NCBI GenBank assembly: GCA_964413645.1
Contig: CAYPSA010000001.1
Location: 72,389 to 136,388 of the forward strand
Reading direction: 5' to 3'
Origin: an uncultured Gammaproteobacteria bacterium
GTDB lineage: Bacteria > Patescibacteriota > Microgenomatia > UBA1406 > HO2-37-13b
DNA length: 64,000 nucleotides
Shown one piece after another: positions 34,642 through 44,489 of the stretch (position 1 is its first letter; each line of letters begins with the position of its first letter). Below the pieces are notes generated by a model. That model was not told the DNA's origin. It did no database searches and saw only the letters and a list, made by a program, of their open reading frames with translations. Position numbers and translations under genes: made by a program.

Positions 34642-35223
34642 CTAACGTTCAGGAATAACTCTTCTTCTTATTAGCAACAGCATTACAAATCCCCAGTTGG
34701 AAAATATAAGTGTTGCCGGATAAACGGTGGTTGTAATTGAGTATGTATTGAGGGCAAGGATTGCAAAAACAAATTTTAGACCACTAAGTGCATAGCTGAT
34801 AAGCGTTTCCTGATAGGGTTTGGAGTATGATTTTCGTATAGTTGGAATAAGAGCTAACACATCTGAAATACTAATTAAAATAGCTGACCAAACGGGAGTT
34901 TTTGTTAAATACCATAACAAAAGAGCCAGAAGTGCGCCAGTGAGTGCAATCCAATCTGCCAAAACGATTTCCCTCGTACCTTTTTTAATAGAAAGTAAAA
35001 AAATTCCCAAGCACGCAATCGAAGTAAATCCGGTAACCCATGCACCAGCTCCTGCGCCTCCTACTATTTGACCAAAGAAGCCAATCGCTGTCATTAAAAA
35101 CCATACAAACCATGAAAACATGTGGGGCTTTGTTTTTCCTGCGAAGATGTCTCTGTAATAGGGTACGTACCCAATGAAAGCAATAAGCGTTGCAATACTT
35201 CCGAGTATAATTTGGGAATTCAT
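34642..35223 (-). CDS. Hypothetical 7-TM membrane protein with internal 3-TM duplication (PQ-loop/SWEET-like topology, tentative)
   Basis: 193 aa; seven hydrophobic segments (3+1+3); repeated VPYYRDIFAGKTKP / IPTIRKSYSKP motif after TM1 and TM5. Confidence 0.55.
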   Translation of the reverse strand: MNSQIILGSIATLIAFIGYVPYYRDIFAGKTKPHMFSWFVWFLMTAIGFFGQIVGGAGAGAWVTGFTSIACLGIFLLSIKKGTREIVLADWIALTGALLALLLWYLTKTPVWSAILISISDVLALIPTIRKSYSKPYQETLISYALSGLKFVFAILALNTYSITTTVYPATLIFSNWGFVMLLLIRRRVIPER

Positions 35224-35231
35224 GTAGTTTG

Positions 35232-35240
35232 TCTATATCA
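35232..35240 (-). promoter_or_regulatory. Extended -10 box for the 7-TM protein gene
   Basis: Minus strand TGaTATAGA, 8 nt before ATG 35223. Confidence 0.5.
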
Positions 35241-35263
35241 AAAAGTCATAGCTTTTCCAAATG

Positions 35264-35334
35264 TCGGGGTGGGGAGAGTCGAACTCCCGCCTCACGGTCC
35301 CAAACCGCGAATTCTACCGCTATACTACACCCCG
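35264..35334 (-). tRNA. tRNA-Pro (anticodon UGG)
   Basis: Reverse complement CGGGGTG-TA-GTAT-AGCGGTA-GAAT-T-CGCGG-TTTGGGA-CCGTG-AGGC-GGGAG-TTCGACT-CTCCC-CACCCCG-A; good acceptor, anticodon and T arms, weak D stem; CCA not encoded. Confidence 0.8.
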
Positions 35335-35377
35335 TATGTTTCAATTATACTTGATCTTTTCCCATATTTCCTGGTAT

Positions 35378-35388
35378 TGTTATACAAT
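35378..35388 (+). promoter_or_regulatory. Extended -10 region for the sugar transferase operon
   Basis: TGtTATACAAT; 6-8 nt before ATG 35395. Confidence 0.55.
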
Positions 35389-35394
35389 AGGCAT

Positions 35395-36054
35395 ATGAAT
35401 ATATTCTCTGGGGAAACGTATAAGAACACGCTAAAGCGATTTGTTGACGTGATAGGAGCACTCGTGCTGATCGTATTTTTTTCCCCGGTATGCCTGCTAG
35501 CCGCAATTTTAATTAAATTAGGTTCAAAAGGACCTATTCTGGCTGATGTTCCACAACGAGTAGGGTTAAACGGGAAACTTTTCACCATGCATAAATTTCG
35601 TTCCATGATCCTTAATGCGCATAACATGTTGCGTAATGATGTAGAGTTCAAACAGCTGTATGAAGAATATAAGCAAAGTAGTTTTAAGCTAAAAAAAGAT
35701 CCGCGAATTACTACGGTAGGAAAATTTTTACGTAAACATTCGATTGATGAAATTCCACAATTTATAAATGTATTGTCGGGCGATATGAGTTTGGTCGGTC
35801 CCCGTGCATATTATCAAGATGAGCTTGAAGATCAACAAGCAAAGTACCCACACACGCGACCGCTCGTTGCTAAAGTGCTTTCAGTTCGGCCGGGAATTAC
35901 AGGGTTATGGCAAGTCTCTGGTCGCTCCGAAATTAATTTCGATAAACGCATCGCTATTGACGCAGACTATGTCGATAATGTATCATTAATGACAGATTTA
36001 AAGATTATGCTCAAAACCCCGCTTGAAATGATTCAGGGGAAAGGCGCCGTATGA
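35395..36054 (+). CDS. Priming phosphoglycosyl transferase (bacterial sugar transferase family)
   Basis: MHKFRSM, DEIPQFINVLSGDMSLVGPRA, RPGITGLWQVSGRS; ORF-track start 35122 runs through tRNA-Pro, so ATG 35395 used. Confidence 0.88.
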   Translation: MNIFSGETYKNTLKRFVDVIGALVLIVFFSPVCLLAAILIKLGSKGPILADVPQRVGLNGKLFTMHKFRSMILNAHNMLRNDVEFKQLYEEYKQSSFKLKKDPRITTVGKFLRKHSIDEIPQFINVLSGDMSLVGPRAYYQDELEDQQAKYPHTRPLVAKVLSVRPGITGLWQVSGRSEINFDKRIAIDADYVDNVSLMTDLKIMLKTPLEMIQGKGAV

Positions 36055-37919
36055 TTTTACGTAAAAAGAAATTTCATCATTCCGGAAAAAAACGCACACG
36101 TGCACGAATTTTTTGGTCATTGGTTCTTTTGGCTATCTTCCTAACGTTCTTTGCAGTACTACCACTAAAAAATATTAACACTAAAGGTCGAGCAGTTGTG
36201 GCAAGTGCTCGTGTTATGAAAGATTCACTAAAAGGCGATGACATGGCTAAAGTTCAGGCAGATATGAAAGATGTGCAAACAAAATTCGAATCATTCCAAA
36301 AAGACGCCCGAAAAATATATTGGATGCGATATATTCCCGTTGCCGGATGGTACGTTTCCGACTTTAAGCATGGCGTAGAAGCAGGCGAGAGTCTTATTAA
36401 CGCTGGTCAAAAGGGTATTACTGCCATAGCGCCGTATGCCGATTTAATTGGATTTAAAAAAGGAGGAGCAGGTTTTGCCGATCGATCAGCCGATGATCGT
36501 ATTCAAACAGCGGTATTGACACTCGATAAAATTGTTCCACAAGTCGATGCCATTGCGGTCGATATTGATGCTGCCCAAAAAGAAATAGATAAAATTGATC
36601 CTAGTAAATACCCTGGAAAATACTCAGGTAAAATAGCCAGCTATCAAGAACAATTTGATAGCGTCGCTTCTTTATTTGTTGATGCTAAGCCATTCATAAA
36701 GAAAGTTCCCAATCTTCTAGGTGCTCACGGCGAACGAACATATATTGTCGTTTTCCAAAATGATAAAGAGCTTCGACCAACCGGAGGATTTTTAACTGCA
36801 TATGCTATTTTCAAAATGAAGAATGGAAAAATGTCTGCACAACGTTCGGAAGACATTTATAATCTCGATGCTTCTATTTCAAGCCATCCAAAAGCACCCG
36901 CACCAATCTTGGCCTATCATAAAGGCGTGTTTCAATTAAACATTCGAGACAGTAATTTGAGTCCAGATTATTATGTATCTATGCAGGAATTTGAAAAACT
37001 GTACGCAAAGAGTAGTCAGAAAGTCGCATACGATGGAATCATTGCAGTCGACACAAAGGTGTTGGTCGACATGTTGCGGGTTTTGGGCGATACAGAAGCC
37101 GGGGGTCACACGTTCTCAGCTAAACAAGATGATCGATGTGATTGCCCACAAGTAATTTACGAATTATTGAATGACATTGATCGTCCGGTGAATTACATTA
37201 AAAACGATCGAAAAGGAATTCTTGGGCAACTACTCTATGCAATCATGCAAAAAGCACTCGGGTCATCGCCTTCACAGTACTGGGGTCAGCTTACTCAAGA
37301 TGGAATTGCGAATCTTGAAGAAAAACATATTCTTATGTATCTTAAAGATGAAGAAGAGCAAAAAGCCGTTGAAGCAATTAATTTTGCCGGTCGCATGCAA
37401 CAGGCAAAAGGAGACTTTTTACACATAAATGACACCAACTTTGCTGGTGCAAAATCTAATTTATTCGTAAAGCACAACGTTACCTCCGACACTACTATCG
37501 ATTCCAATGGAACCGTTACTCGAAAGCTTACAATACGTTATAAAAACCCACATCGTGCATCAGATTGTAATCTGGAACGTGGTGGACTCTGCTTGAACGC
37601 GCCGCTACGAAATTGGCTTCGTATTTACGTTCCACAGGGGAGTAAGTTGGTTAACTTTAAAGGATCTCAGACAAAAACACAGACATATGATGAGCTTGGA
37701 AAAACTGTTTTTGAAGGCTTTATGACAGTTAATCCAATGGGATCCGCTCTTGTAACACTTGAGTATGAGCTTCCCAATAAAGTGAAAAATCAAAAAGAAT
37801 ACACGCTATATATTCAAAAACAGCCCGGTACCGTTGGGCATGAATACACCGTTAATGTAAACAATAAACTGCGTTCTAACACTCCTCTTGTCAAAGACTT
37901 CGAACTTACGTTACAATAA
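36051..37919 (+). CDS. DUF4012-like membrane-anchored extracytoplasmic protein
   Basis: N-terminal TM helix; FQNDKELRPTGGFLTAYAIFKMKNGKM resembles the DUF4012 core as I recall it; 4-nt overlap with the sugar transferase gene. Confidence 0.7.
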   Translation: MILRKKKFHHSGKKRTRARIFWSLVLLAIFLTFFAVLPLKNINTKGRAVVASARVMKDSLKGDDMAKVQADMKDVQTKFESFQKDARKIYWMRYIPVAGWYVSDFKHGVEAGESLINAGQKGITAIAPYADLIGFKKGGAGFADRSADDRIQTAVLTLDKIVPQVDAIAVDIDAAQKEIDKIDPSKYPGKYSGKIASYQEQFDSVASLFVDAKPFIKKVPNLLGAHGERTYIVVFQNDKELRPTGGFLTAYAIFKMKNGKMSAQRSEDIYNLDASISSHPKAPAPILAYHKGVFQLNIRDSNLSPDYYVSMQEFEKLYAKSSQKVAYDGIIAVDTKVLVDMLRVLGDTEAGGHTFSAKQDDRCDCPQVIYELLNDIDRPVNYIKNDRKGILGQLLYAIMQKALGSSPSQYWGQLTQDGIANLEEKHILMYLKDEEEQKAVEAINFAGRMQQAKGDFLHINDTNFAGAKSNLFVKHNVTSDTTIDSNGTVTRKLTIRYKNPHRASDCNLERGGLCLNAPLRNWLRIYVPQGSKLVNFKGSQTKTQTYDELGKTVFEGFMTVNPMGSALVTLEYELPNKVKNQKEYTLYIQKQPGTVGHEYTVNVNNKLRSNTPLVKDFELTLQ

Positions 37920-37923
37920 TTGC

Positions 37924-38454
37924 ATGCGATATAGTAGTGACTTTGGAATTATTCTAAAAAAGAACCAATTGTTAGGTGACAATATCCTTGTTACTCTTTT
38001 TTCGTTAAGTAAGGGCAAAATTGTCCTAAAGGCTTACGGAGTCAAAAAGCTTAATAGTAAGCGTATGGCACATTTGGAAACAGGGAACTACATTTCGTTT
38101 TTAAGCTATCAAAAAGGAACTCATACGACTCTTACTGAAACGGAGCTGGTATATGGCTATTCTAAGATACGTAAATCCAGCGACAAGCTGGCGTATCTTT
38201 TTACCTACCTATTTGTGCTTAATAGAGTGTTGCCTGAAGAACAGCCCGATACAATATTATTTCAAAATGTAAAGAATTTCTTGAAGGAACTTAATAATAG
38301 CCCAGAATTTACCACCAAAGATCTTGCACGTCACTTTGATCAGCTTTTGCTTACTGCTGGATTTTTGTCGCCCGAAAAACAATCATCGCAAGGCTACGAT
38401 ACCATGCTTTTTATCGAAGAAGTAATCGGAAGAAAAGTGAACGTGATGTTTTAA
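37924..38454 (+). CDS. recO: RecO-like DNA repair protein (short)
   Basis: 176 aa; N-terminal OB-fold-like pattern GIILKKNQLLGDNILVTLFSLSKGKIVLKAYGVKK; weak, motif-level only. Confidence 0.6.
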   Translation: MRYSSDFGIILKKNQLLGDNILVTLFSLSKGKIVLKAYGVKKLNSKRMAHLETGNYISFLSYQKGTHTTLTETELVYGYSKIRKSSDKLAYLFTYLFVLNRVLPEEQPDTILFQNVKNFLKELNNSPEFTTKDLARHFDQLLLTAGFLSPEKQSSQGYDTMLFIEEVIGRKVNVMF

Positions 38455-39536
38455 GTGAGTTTTTCGTATTCGGTATCTTTGAGTGATTTTACGAGTGCAG
38501 AAAGCTTGGGTACCGATGATTTCTTGGTTACCAGAAGAACGTCCTCCGTGTTAACAATTACAAAGTCTTCCAAATCCATAGTAACAATAAGCTTATTCGC
38601 GTCATAATTATAGATTATTGAATTCACAGTATCTTTTGGAAGAACCTGACCATGTGTTACATTTGCTTCTGGAGACTCTTCTAGCGCCTCTTTAAGAGCT
38701 TCCCAAGCTCCAATATCGGACCATCCAACATCAAGAGTCAAAACGTACGATTCATTTCCATCGAGTTTTTCATAAATTGCATTATCTACATGCACGGTTG
38801 GAATTTGTGGATACTCAGTGTCAAGAACATCTTGGAACGATGGGGTGCCATACGCTTGGGCAATTGCATGAGTATGGACATATACGTCTGGTGCATGCAT
38901 TTGGAATAAATGATTCATAAATGCGGGGGTCGTCATAAAATATCCAAGATTCCATGCATGGTGGCCGCTTGCAAAGAATCGTGCAGCAGTTTCACTATCA
39001 GGCTTATACTTAAAGCTTTTAAAGCGATGAATACTCGCATTAACGCTAAGATCTATCTTATCGCCATATTCGATCCAGCCTAAATTTTCACTTGCGAATC
39101 GAGGCACATGGCCGATGAAGATAATTTTTTTTGGATCACGGGCAATAATTTCCTGACTCGACATAATTGCTTCCATGAACTCTACCGGTTTCTTAATGAA
39201 ATGATCACTCCACATAATTAACACGGGTTCATCGGGGAATTTTGTGGCCAGAATGCCGAATATAAAAGCAACTGCAGCACCCACATCGCGACGACATGGT
39301 TCGCCAATAATATTGTCAGCAGGAACTTGAGGAAGTTGTTTACGAATAATATTCACATATTCGGACCCAGTGGAAATGTAAATGTCTTCCGGAGCGTATT
39401 TTTGACTTATTACATCAACTTGAAGTTGTATAGTGGACTTTCCGTTTACTAATGGTTCAAACTGCTTTGGGCTGTTTTTGCGCGACAGAGGCCACATTCG
39501 TGTGCCAGCTCCTCCTGCAAAAATGACTGCTTTCAT
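38451..39536 (-). CDS. Mannose-1-phosphate guanylyltransferase-like nucleotidyltransferase
   Basis: AVIFAGGAGTRMWPLSR N-terminal NTP-transferase motif; 361 aa. Confidence 0.85.
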   Translation of the reverse strand: MKAVIFAGGAGTRMWPLSRKNSPKQFEPLVNGKSTIQLQVDVISQKYAPEDIYISTGSEYVNIIRKQLPQVPADNIIGEPCRRDVGAAVAFIFGILATKFPDEPVLIMWSDHFIKKPVEFMEAIMSSQEIIARDPKKIIFIGHVPRFASENLGWIEYGDKIDLSVNASIHRFKSFKYKPDSETAARFFASGHHAWNLGYFMTTPAFMNHLFQMHAPDVYVHTHAIAQAYGTPSFQDVLDTEYPQIPTVHVDNAIYEKLDGNESYVLTLDVGWSDIGAWEALKEALEESPEANVTHGQVLPKDTVNSIIYNYDANKLIVTMDLEDFVIVNTEDVLLVTKKSSVPKLSALVKSLKDTEYEKLT

Positions 39537-40654
39537 GATAAATTGCTTTCGATGTACTGTGTAAACTTTTTAATAAATTTGTCTTTACTAAACTTCATTG
39601 CCTGTTTTGAACCTTCCAATTTTGTTGAACTAGCTAGAGTGTAGTACATTGATTCAAACTTTTCAAGCGCTTCTGTAAGCGACGTTTCTGTTTGTTCAAG
39701 GAATAAAATACCCGTAATGTTGGGAATAATTGTCTCAACTACTCCGCTATTGCTATATGAAATTACAGGACAACCAAAAAACTGCGCTTCTATGGCTGTA
39801 TATCCAAATTCTTCTTTTTGAGGCATAATAAGCGCTTTTGCGTGGGTATAGTACTCTGCAAGTTCTTCGTCGGTAGCTTTTTGAACAAATGTTATATTTT
39901 TCCCAGCTAAAGACGTAAGTTTTTGCAGCTGTGTGCCCGAACCAATAACAATGAGGTTTTTTTTGAGCGTATTACATGTTTTTATAACCAGGTCGACTCT
40001 CTTGTATTGCTCTAATCGTGACACCACCAAGTAATACTCTCCACGCGATCTCAGGGTGCTTGGAGTAGAAGTTTTGAATTCTTTCCAGTAATTTACATCA
40101 AAAGGGGGGTATATAACCTTGTTGTCTCTTTGATAATACTTTTTAATATTTGCTGAAACTATATTGGAAATTCCAATAATCTTGTCTGGTCGTTGAGCAG
40201 CGATACGATCCCAGTATTTAAGATATTTAACGTAGAACGTAGGTCTTGTGAAGCGTTCCAATGACGTCCTATATGCTTCTGGCTGATCCCATAAAAATCG
40301 TGTAGGTGAGAGCATGTAGCTTACGTGTAGTGTATCTGGACGAGTTACAATGCTCTTGGCAAACGACGAAGTAACCGATATGACGATATCGTATGAAGAA
40401 AGGTTCAGGCTTTCAAATGCAAATGGGTATAAAGGAACACAAAACGTGCGGTTCGCTCTTACGAGCTCCGGGAGCTCGGAAATGAATGTTGTTCGAAAAT
40501 GCATGTCTTTTGCCCATGGAGCTTTTTGTGCATCATAATATGAAGTATAAAAGTCGGCTTTAGGATACATTTGTGCAAACGTTAAAAGTACTCGTTCAGC
40601 CCCTCCCCATTTGTCTACCCAATCGTATACAATCGCAATTTTTTGAGTTTTCAT
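39533..40654 (-). CDS. Glycosyltransferase family 4
   Basis: C-terminal EEFGYTAIEAQFFGCPVISYSNSGVVE (E-x7-E) motif. Confidence 0.8.
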   Translation of the reverse strand: MKTQKIAIVYDWVDKWGGAERVLLTFAQMYPKADFYTSYYDAQKAPWAKDMHFRTTFISELPELVRANRTFCVPLYPFAFESLNLSSYDIVISVTSSFAKSIVTRPDTLHVSYMLSPTRFLWDQPEAYRTSLERFTRPTFYVKYLKYWDRIAAQRPDKIIGISNIVSANIKKYYQRDNKVIYPPFDVNYWKEFKTSTPSTLRSRGEYYLVVSRLEQYKRVDLVIKTCNTLKKNLIVIGSGTQLQKLTSLAGKNITFVQKATDEELAEYYTHAKALIMPQKEEFGYTAIEAQFFGCPVISYSNSGVVETIIPNITGILFLEQTETSLTEALEKFESMYYTLASSTKLEGSKQAMKFSKDKFIKKFTQYIESNLS

Positions 40655-40660
40655 AGTATT

Positions 40661-40758
40661 GTCATTCTGAGCGCCCTGCCTGCCGGCAGGCAGGTAGCGA
40701 AGAATCTCGGTGTGATTAACACCCAGATTCTTCAGTCGCTTTGCTCCTTAAGAGTGAC
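40661..40758. repeat. Family A full-size element with a 20-nt palindrome plugged into the core
   Basis: gtcATTCTGAgcgcCCTGCCTGCCGGCAGGCAGGtagcGAAGAATctcggtgtg...agattcttcagtcgctttgctccttaagagtgac. Confidence 0.9.
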
Positions 40759-41853
40759 ATTATGTAAGTAAATCTGCTGTGTTTTTTTTGTCATATTTTC
40801 AAATGAAAATCTCTGGGTATCCAACTTAGGTCTGGTAAGTTTTTCACGAGCGGCTTGTGTAAGCGTTTTCTGAATAGATTCCTGACTGTATGGATCAAAT
40901 CGAAGAGTACGTTCATGTAAAATCTCATCGAACACAGAAATTTTTGAAGCAACTACCGGACATCCAAAATATTGTGATTCTACAATGGGTAAGCCAAAGC
41001 CTTCGGTAAGCGAAGGTTGCACTAATGCATGCGCATTTTTAAAGAGTGCAATTTTTTTCTGCTGAGAAATATTGAATAGTTGCAAAACCCTTTCAGTAAG
41101 ATTAAGTTGCTCTATAAGTTTGGTAATCGAATTCGAGAAAAAGTCTTTAGGACCGACTAAAATCAATTTCATAGAAATATCGGTCTTTGCAAAAGCTCGA
41201 AGTAGTTTTTCTACGTTTTTATGAGGGTATGAATTACCGATATATAAGAAATATGGAGATTTGTTCAAAAACTTATGTATCGTTGTCAGTATTGAGTCAT
41301 CGGACTTCATTTTTTGAAGTTCAAAGTCTATGCCTTCGTTAGTGACAATGACTTTATCTTTATATTGTTTCCCGAAATAGTGCAATATCGAACTCCGAAC
41401 TGCCTCAGATGGAACAATTACTTGTTTGCTTTTTTTTATACCTCGCTCTAAAACATGCTGATACACCGTGTGCTTTACATGAAATAATGGTGTTGGAAGT
41501 GTCGTTGCTTGACCTGTCTTGAAAAGTAATGGTGTAAGATCGTGAATGGTAATAACAAATGGTCTTAAATATAAGTAAGGAAAACTAAAATAGGTAAAAT
41601 GCATTAAGTCTAGTTTGTCGGCATATAGTACTCGTAAAAAATGGGTCTGTTCAGATGCTGAGTGCCATCTAAAAGGCGCAGGTCGTTTAACCAAATGAGC
41701 CTTGTTCGGGATTCTATCAAAATCTTGCGGATATGCATAAACAATATACTCAATATCATTCGATGCTGTATCCAAATAATGCAACAAGTTACGAATATAT
41801 ACTCCAACCCCTGTTTGATTAATAAGACGCGCATCTATTCCTATTCTTTTCAT
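40732..41853 (-). CDS. Glycosyltransferase family 4
   Basis: EGFGLPIVESQYFGCPVVAS motif; C-terminal VTLKEQSD and stop encoded by a repeat arm. Confidence 0.85.
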   Translation of the reverse strand: MKRIGIDARLINQTGVGVYIRNLLHYLDTASNDIEYIVYAYPQDFDRIPNKAHLVKRPAPFRWHSASEQTHFLRVLYADKLDLMHFTYFSFPYLYLRPFVITIHDLTPLLFKTGQATTLPTPLFHVKHTVYQHVLERGIKKSKQVIVPSEAVRSSILHYFGKQYKDKVIVTNEGIDFELQKMKSDDSILTTIHKFLNKSPYFLYIGNSYPHKNVEKLLRAFAKTDISMKLILVGPKDFFSNSITKLIEQLNLTERVLQLFNISQQKKIALFKNAHALVQPSLTEGFGLPIVESQYFGCPVVASKISVFDEILHERTLRFDPYSQESIQKTLTQAAREKLTRPKLDTQRFSFENMTKKTQQIYLHNVTLKEQSD

Positions 41854-42761
41854 CGTGGTAGTTTTGATTTTAAATTAATGAGCTTATGAACTATTTTGTT
41901 TTGGAGTGGAGAGTTTTTTTTGGCAAAGTGCTTGTTATAAAAAATTCCCATTGCTTCAAAAAAATGATTGCCAGTTTTCTTTTGAATGCGTATTTTGTCT
42001 GTCTGTAAACCACTGCGATGTTTTAAATGTATGACGGTAAATAACGGATAATAGACAATCGAATATCCCAATTCCTTAATGCGAAAAGATAGATCTATAT
42101 CCTCACCGTACATGAAATAATCTTCATCAAAACCGTGTATTTTTTTTAATATGTCTAACCGCGACAAATAAAAAGCACCAGTTGGGGAATCAATTTCATG
42201 AATGTTCTTAAGGTCTAAATGTGTTAAATGATAGCCTCCAAAAAATCTATTTAATATAGGAATAGGAGTAAAGAATTTTTCTAATTTTGAAAAATAAGTA
42301 AAGGCGTTCCATAAACTTGGAAAGCCTCGGTGGCTTGCAGGGTCAATATTTCCATCTGGAAGTTCAACACGCACGGTCAATACTCCAATCTTTTCGTGCT
42401 CATCCATGTAGTGAATAAGATCAGCAAAATTCACATCCTGTACGTACACATCGGAGTTTAAATAGAGCACATACTTTCCGGCGGCATGTTCAAGACCCCT
42501 GTTATTCCCTTTTGAAAATCCTACGTTTTCATGTAAAAATAGATACTTAACGTCGATGTTTTTATTTTCCGATCGACATTCTTTGATCATTTCTACAGAT
42601 CCATCAGTAGAGTTGTTATCGACCAAAATGATTTCTGTCGAAATCGATGGAGATTGTTGTAACGAATTTTCTAGATACACAAAACACTGGCGTGTTACAT
42701 CGAGGGTATTATACGAGACTATAATGATTGACAAATCTTTCATAACATTTATCGAAACCAC
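41850..42761 (-). CDS. Glycosyltransferase family 2
   Basis: IIIVSYNT, VDNNSTDGS, LYLNSD motifs. Confidence 0.85.
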   Translation of the reverse strand: MVSINVMKDLSIIIVSYNTLDVTRQCFVYLENSLQQSPSISTEIILVDNNSTDGSVEMIKECRSENKNIDVKYLFLHENVGFSKGNNRGLEHAAGKYVLYLNSDVYVQDVNFADLIHYMDEHEKIGVLTVRVELPDGNIDPASHRGFPSLWNAFTYFSKLEKFFTPIPILNRFFGGYHLTHLDLKNIHEIDSPTGAFYLSRLDILKKIHGFDEDYFMYGEDIDLSFRIKELGYSIVYYPLFTVIHLKHRSGLQTDKIRIQKKTGNHFFEAMGIFYNKHFAKKNSPLQNKIVHKLINLKSKLPR

Positions 42762-43354
42762 GCGGCACGGCCTAGTTTGTAGTGGAGATTTTTTTCTTCT
42801 CGTTGTCCAATTTCTTTTGCAGGAACTCCTCCAACAATTGCATATGGAGGCACATCTTTCGTAACTACAGCACCTGCTCCTACAATTGCTCCAGTTCCAA
42901 TGGTAACTCCAGGGAGGATAATTGCACGGGGCCCAATAAATACGTAGTCTTGGATTGTCACGGGTGCAAGCACTATTCCTTCAGCTGCAGCAAAATGCTC
43001 ACTATTAATATTATGTTCGCTGTTGTAAATCATTACTTCGGAAGCAATATCGACATGATCTCCAATGGTTAGTTTCGCTCGACCATCAAGAACTGCGCTT
43101 TCACCAATAATCGTATCTTTACCGATTTTGATTTGGGTTGGATCATAAAAGCGGGTATGCATATGAATGCTTGATCCTTTGCCAATTGACACGCCTAGAA
43201 AGCGATACACTAAGCGTCTGAAATGATGAAGGGGAACACATCCTGCCATATGTGCAAAAAAGACTATAATTTCCAGCAGAATTGTCCGAACGCGTAATAC
43301 AGCTTTCATAGCAATTTCATCTGCTGTTAATGTTCGACCTGTTTTATCTTTCAT
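42749..43354 (-). CDS. Hexapeptide-repeat O-acetyltransferase (WcaF/LacA-like)
   Basis: Left-handed beta-helix repeats IGKDTIIGESAVLDG, IGDHVDIAS, IGPRAIILPGVTIGTGAIVGAGAVV. Confidence 0.8.
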   Translation of the reverse strand: MKDKTGRTLTADEIAMKAVLRVRTILLEIIVFFAHMAGCVPLHHFRRLVYRFLGVSIGKGSSIHMHTRFYDPTQIKIGKDTIIGESAVLDGRAKLTIGDHVDIASEVMIYNSEHNINSEHFAAAEGIVLAPVTIQDYVFIGPRAIILPGVTIGTGAIVGAGAVVTKDVPPYAIVGGVPAKEIGQREEKNLHYKLGRAAWFR

Positions 43355-43360
43355 ATTTTT

Positions 43361-43406
43361 GTCAACCTCTTAGGTTGCCAGTGCGTAGTCAACCTCTTAG
43401 GTTGCC
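43361..43406. repeat. Twin 15-nt palindrome repeat (family B), copy 3
   Basis: Palindromes CAACCTCTTAGGTTG at 43363-43377 and 43390-43404, CAGTGC linker, 27-bp phasing. Confidence 0.9.
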
Positions 43407-44489
43407 CACTTCCTTTAAAACGTTCAAGGTCTCATCCGCACATTTTTTCCAGCTGAATTCCTTGACTCTCTGTAATCCTTTGGCCTTCAAGGAAGCACGT
43501 AACTCATTGTTTGAGAGTACTTCATCAATTTTCTTTGCCATATCAATTGTATCATTTGGATCAAAATATACACAAGCATCACCGCAAACTTCAGGCAGGC
43601 TTGAATTGTTAGAAACAATTGCGGGGCAACCCGCACTCATTGCTTCCAGAGGAGGATTACCGAAGCCTTCGTACAGCGAAGGGAGAACATATGCTTGGGC
43701 ATGCTTGTACAGCGCGTTTTTTTCACCGTCAGTAACATATCCAGTAAACACTACGTCATCTTGGAGATTTAACTGCGTAACTCGCACATAAATTTCATCA
43801 TACAACCAGCCTTTTTTCCCAACTAGATAAAGCTTTAGGTCCGCATGTTCCTTTTTAAGGCTACTAAAGGCTTCTATGAGTTTTACCACATTTTTTCGAG
43901 GTTGCAGAGTTCCTACGTATAACAGGTATGGAGAGGTTGGCAACTTAACCTCTTCAGGAGTTTCAACTGAGCTTGTTATGTTAAACCCATTATGAATAAC
44001 TTCAATTTTTTGCTCAGGAGTTTCATAGAATTTAATAATATCCTTTTTCGTGTTTTCAGATACCGCAATAACTTTTGAAGAGCGATTTAGAGCATAACTC
44101 GTCCAGTTTTTAAGCTTATACAAATCTTTTTTTAAAAACTCTTCGGGATAATAAAAATAAGCCACGTCATGGATAGTTACAACCGTCTTAACAGAGCTAA
44201 ATCGAGGTATATAATGCGCAGGGCAAAACAAAACATCGGGTTTTTTATGCGTTGCTAAATATGCCGGAAAAAACACCTGACTCCAGGCAACTGAACCGGG
44301 AATTACTATGTATTTAAAATATTCATTTTGACTAGGAAGGTCAGAAAGAGGGGATTTTCGTAGGTAAATTACAAATTGTATTTTCTCACCCGCGCTCTTA
44401 TAAAACTCTCTTAGCAAATTTAGAGTATACAACGATACTCCCACTCGCTCGTTTACATTTGCTTCATTTCCATCTATTCCAATAATCAT
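43389..44489 (-). CDS. Glycosyltransferase family 4
   Basis: EGFGNPPLEAMSAGCPAIVSN motif; C-terminal NLRG and stop encoded by the twin palindrome. Confidence 0.85.
   Translation of the reverse strand: MIIGIDGNEANVNERVGVSLYTLNLLREFYKSAGEKIQFVIYLRKSPLSDLPSQNEYFKYIVIPGSVAWSQVFFPAYLATHKKPDVLFCPAHYIPRFSSVKTVVTIHDVAYFYYPEEFLKKDLYKLKNWTSYALNRSSKVIAVSENTKKDIIKFYETPEQKIEVIHNGFNITSSVETPEEVKLPTSPYLLYVGTLQPRKNVVKLIEAFSSLKKEHADLKLYLVGKKGWLYDEIYVRVTQLNLQDDVVFTGYVTDGEKNALYKHAQAYVLPSLYEGFGNPPLEAMSAGCPAIVSNNSSLPEVCGDACVYFDPNDTIDMAKKIDEVLSNNELRASLKAKGLQRVKEFSWKKCADETLNVLKEVGNLRG

Noticed and set aside
34520-35334. tRNA-Met ... tRNA-Pro interval as an integrated mobile element or genomic islet
   Set aside because: Only one small membrane-protein gene lies between the tRNAs. 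There is no integrase and no direct repeat of a tRNA 3' end. Both flanks are housekeeping genes.
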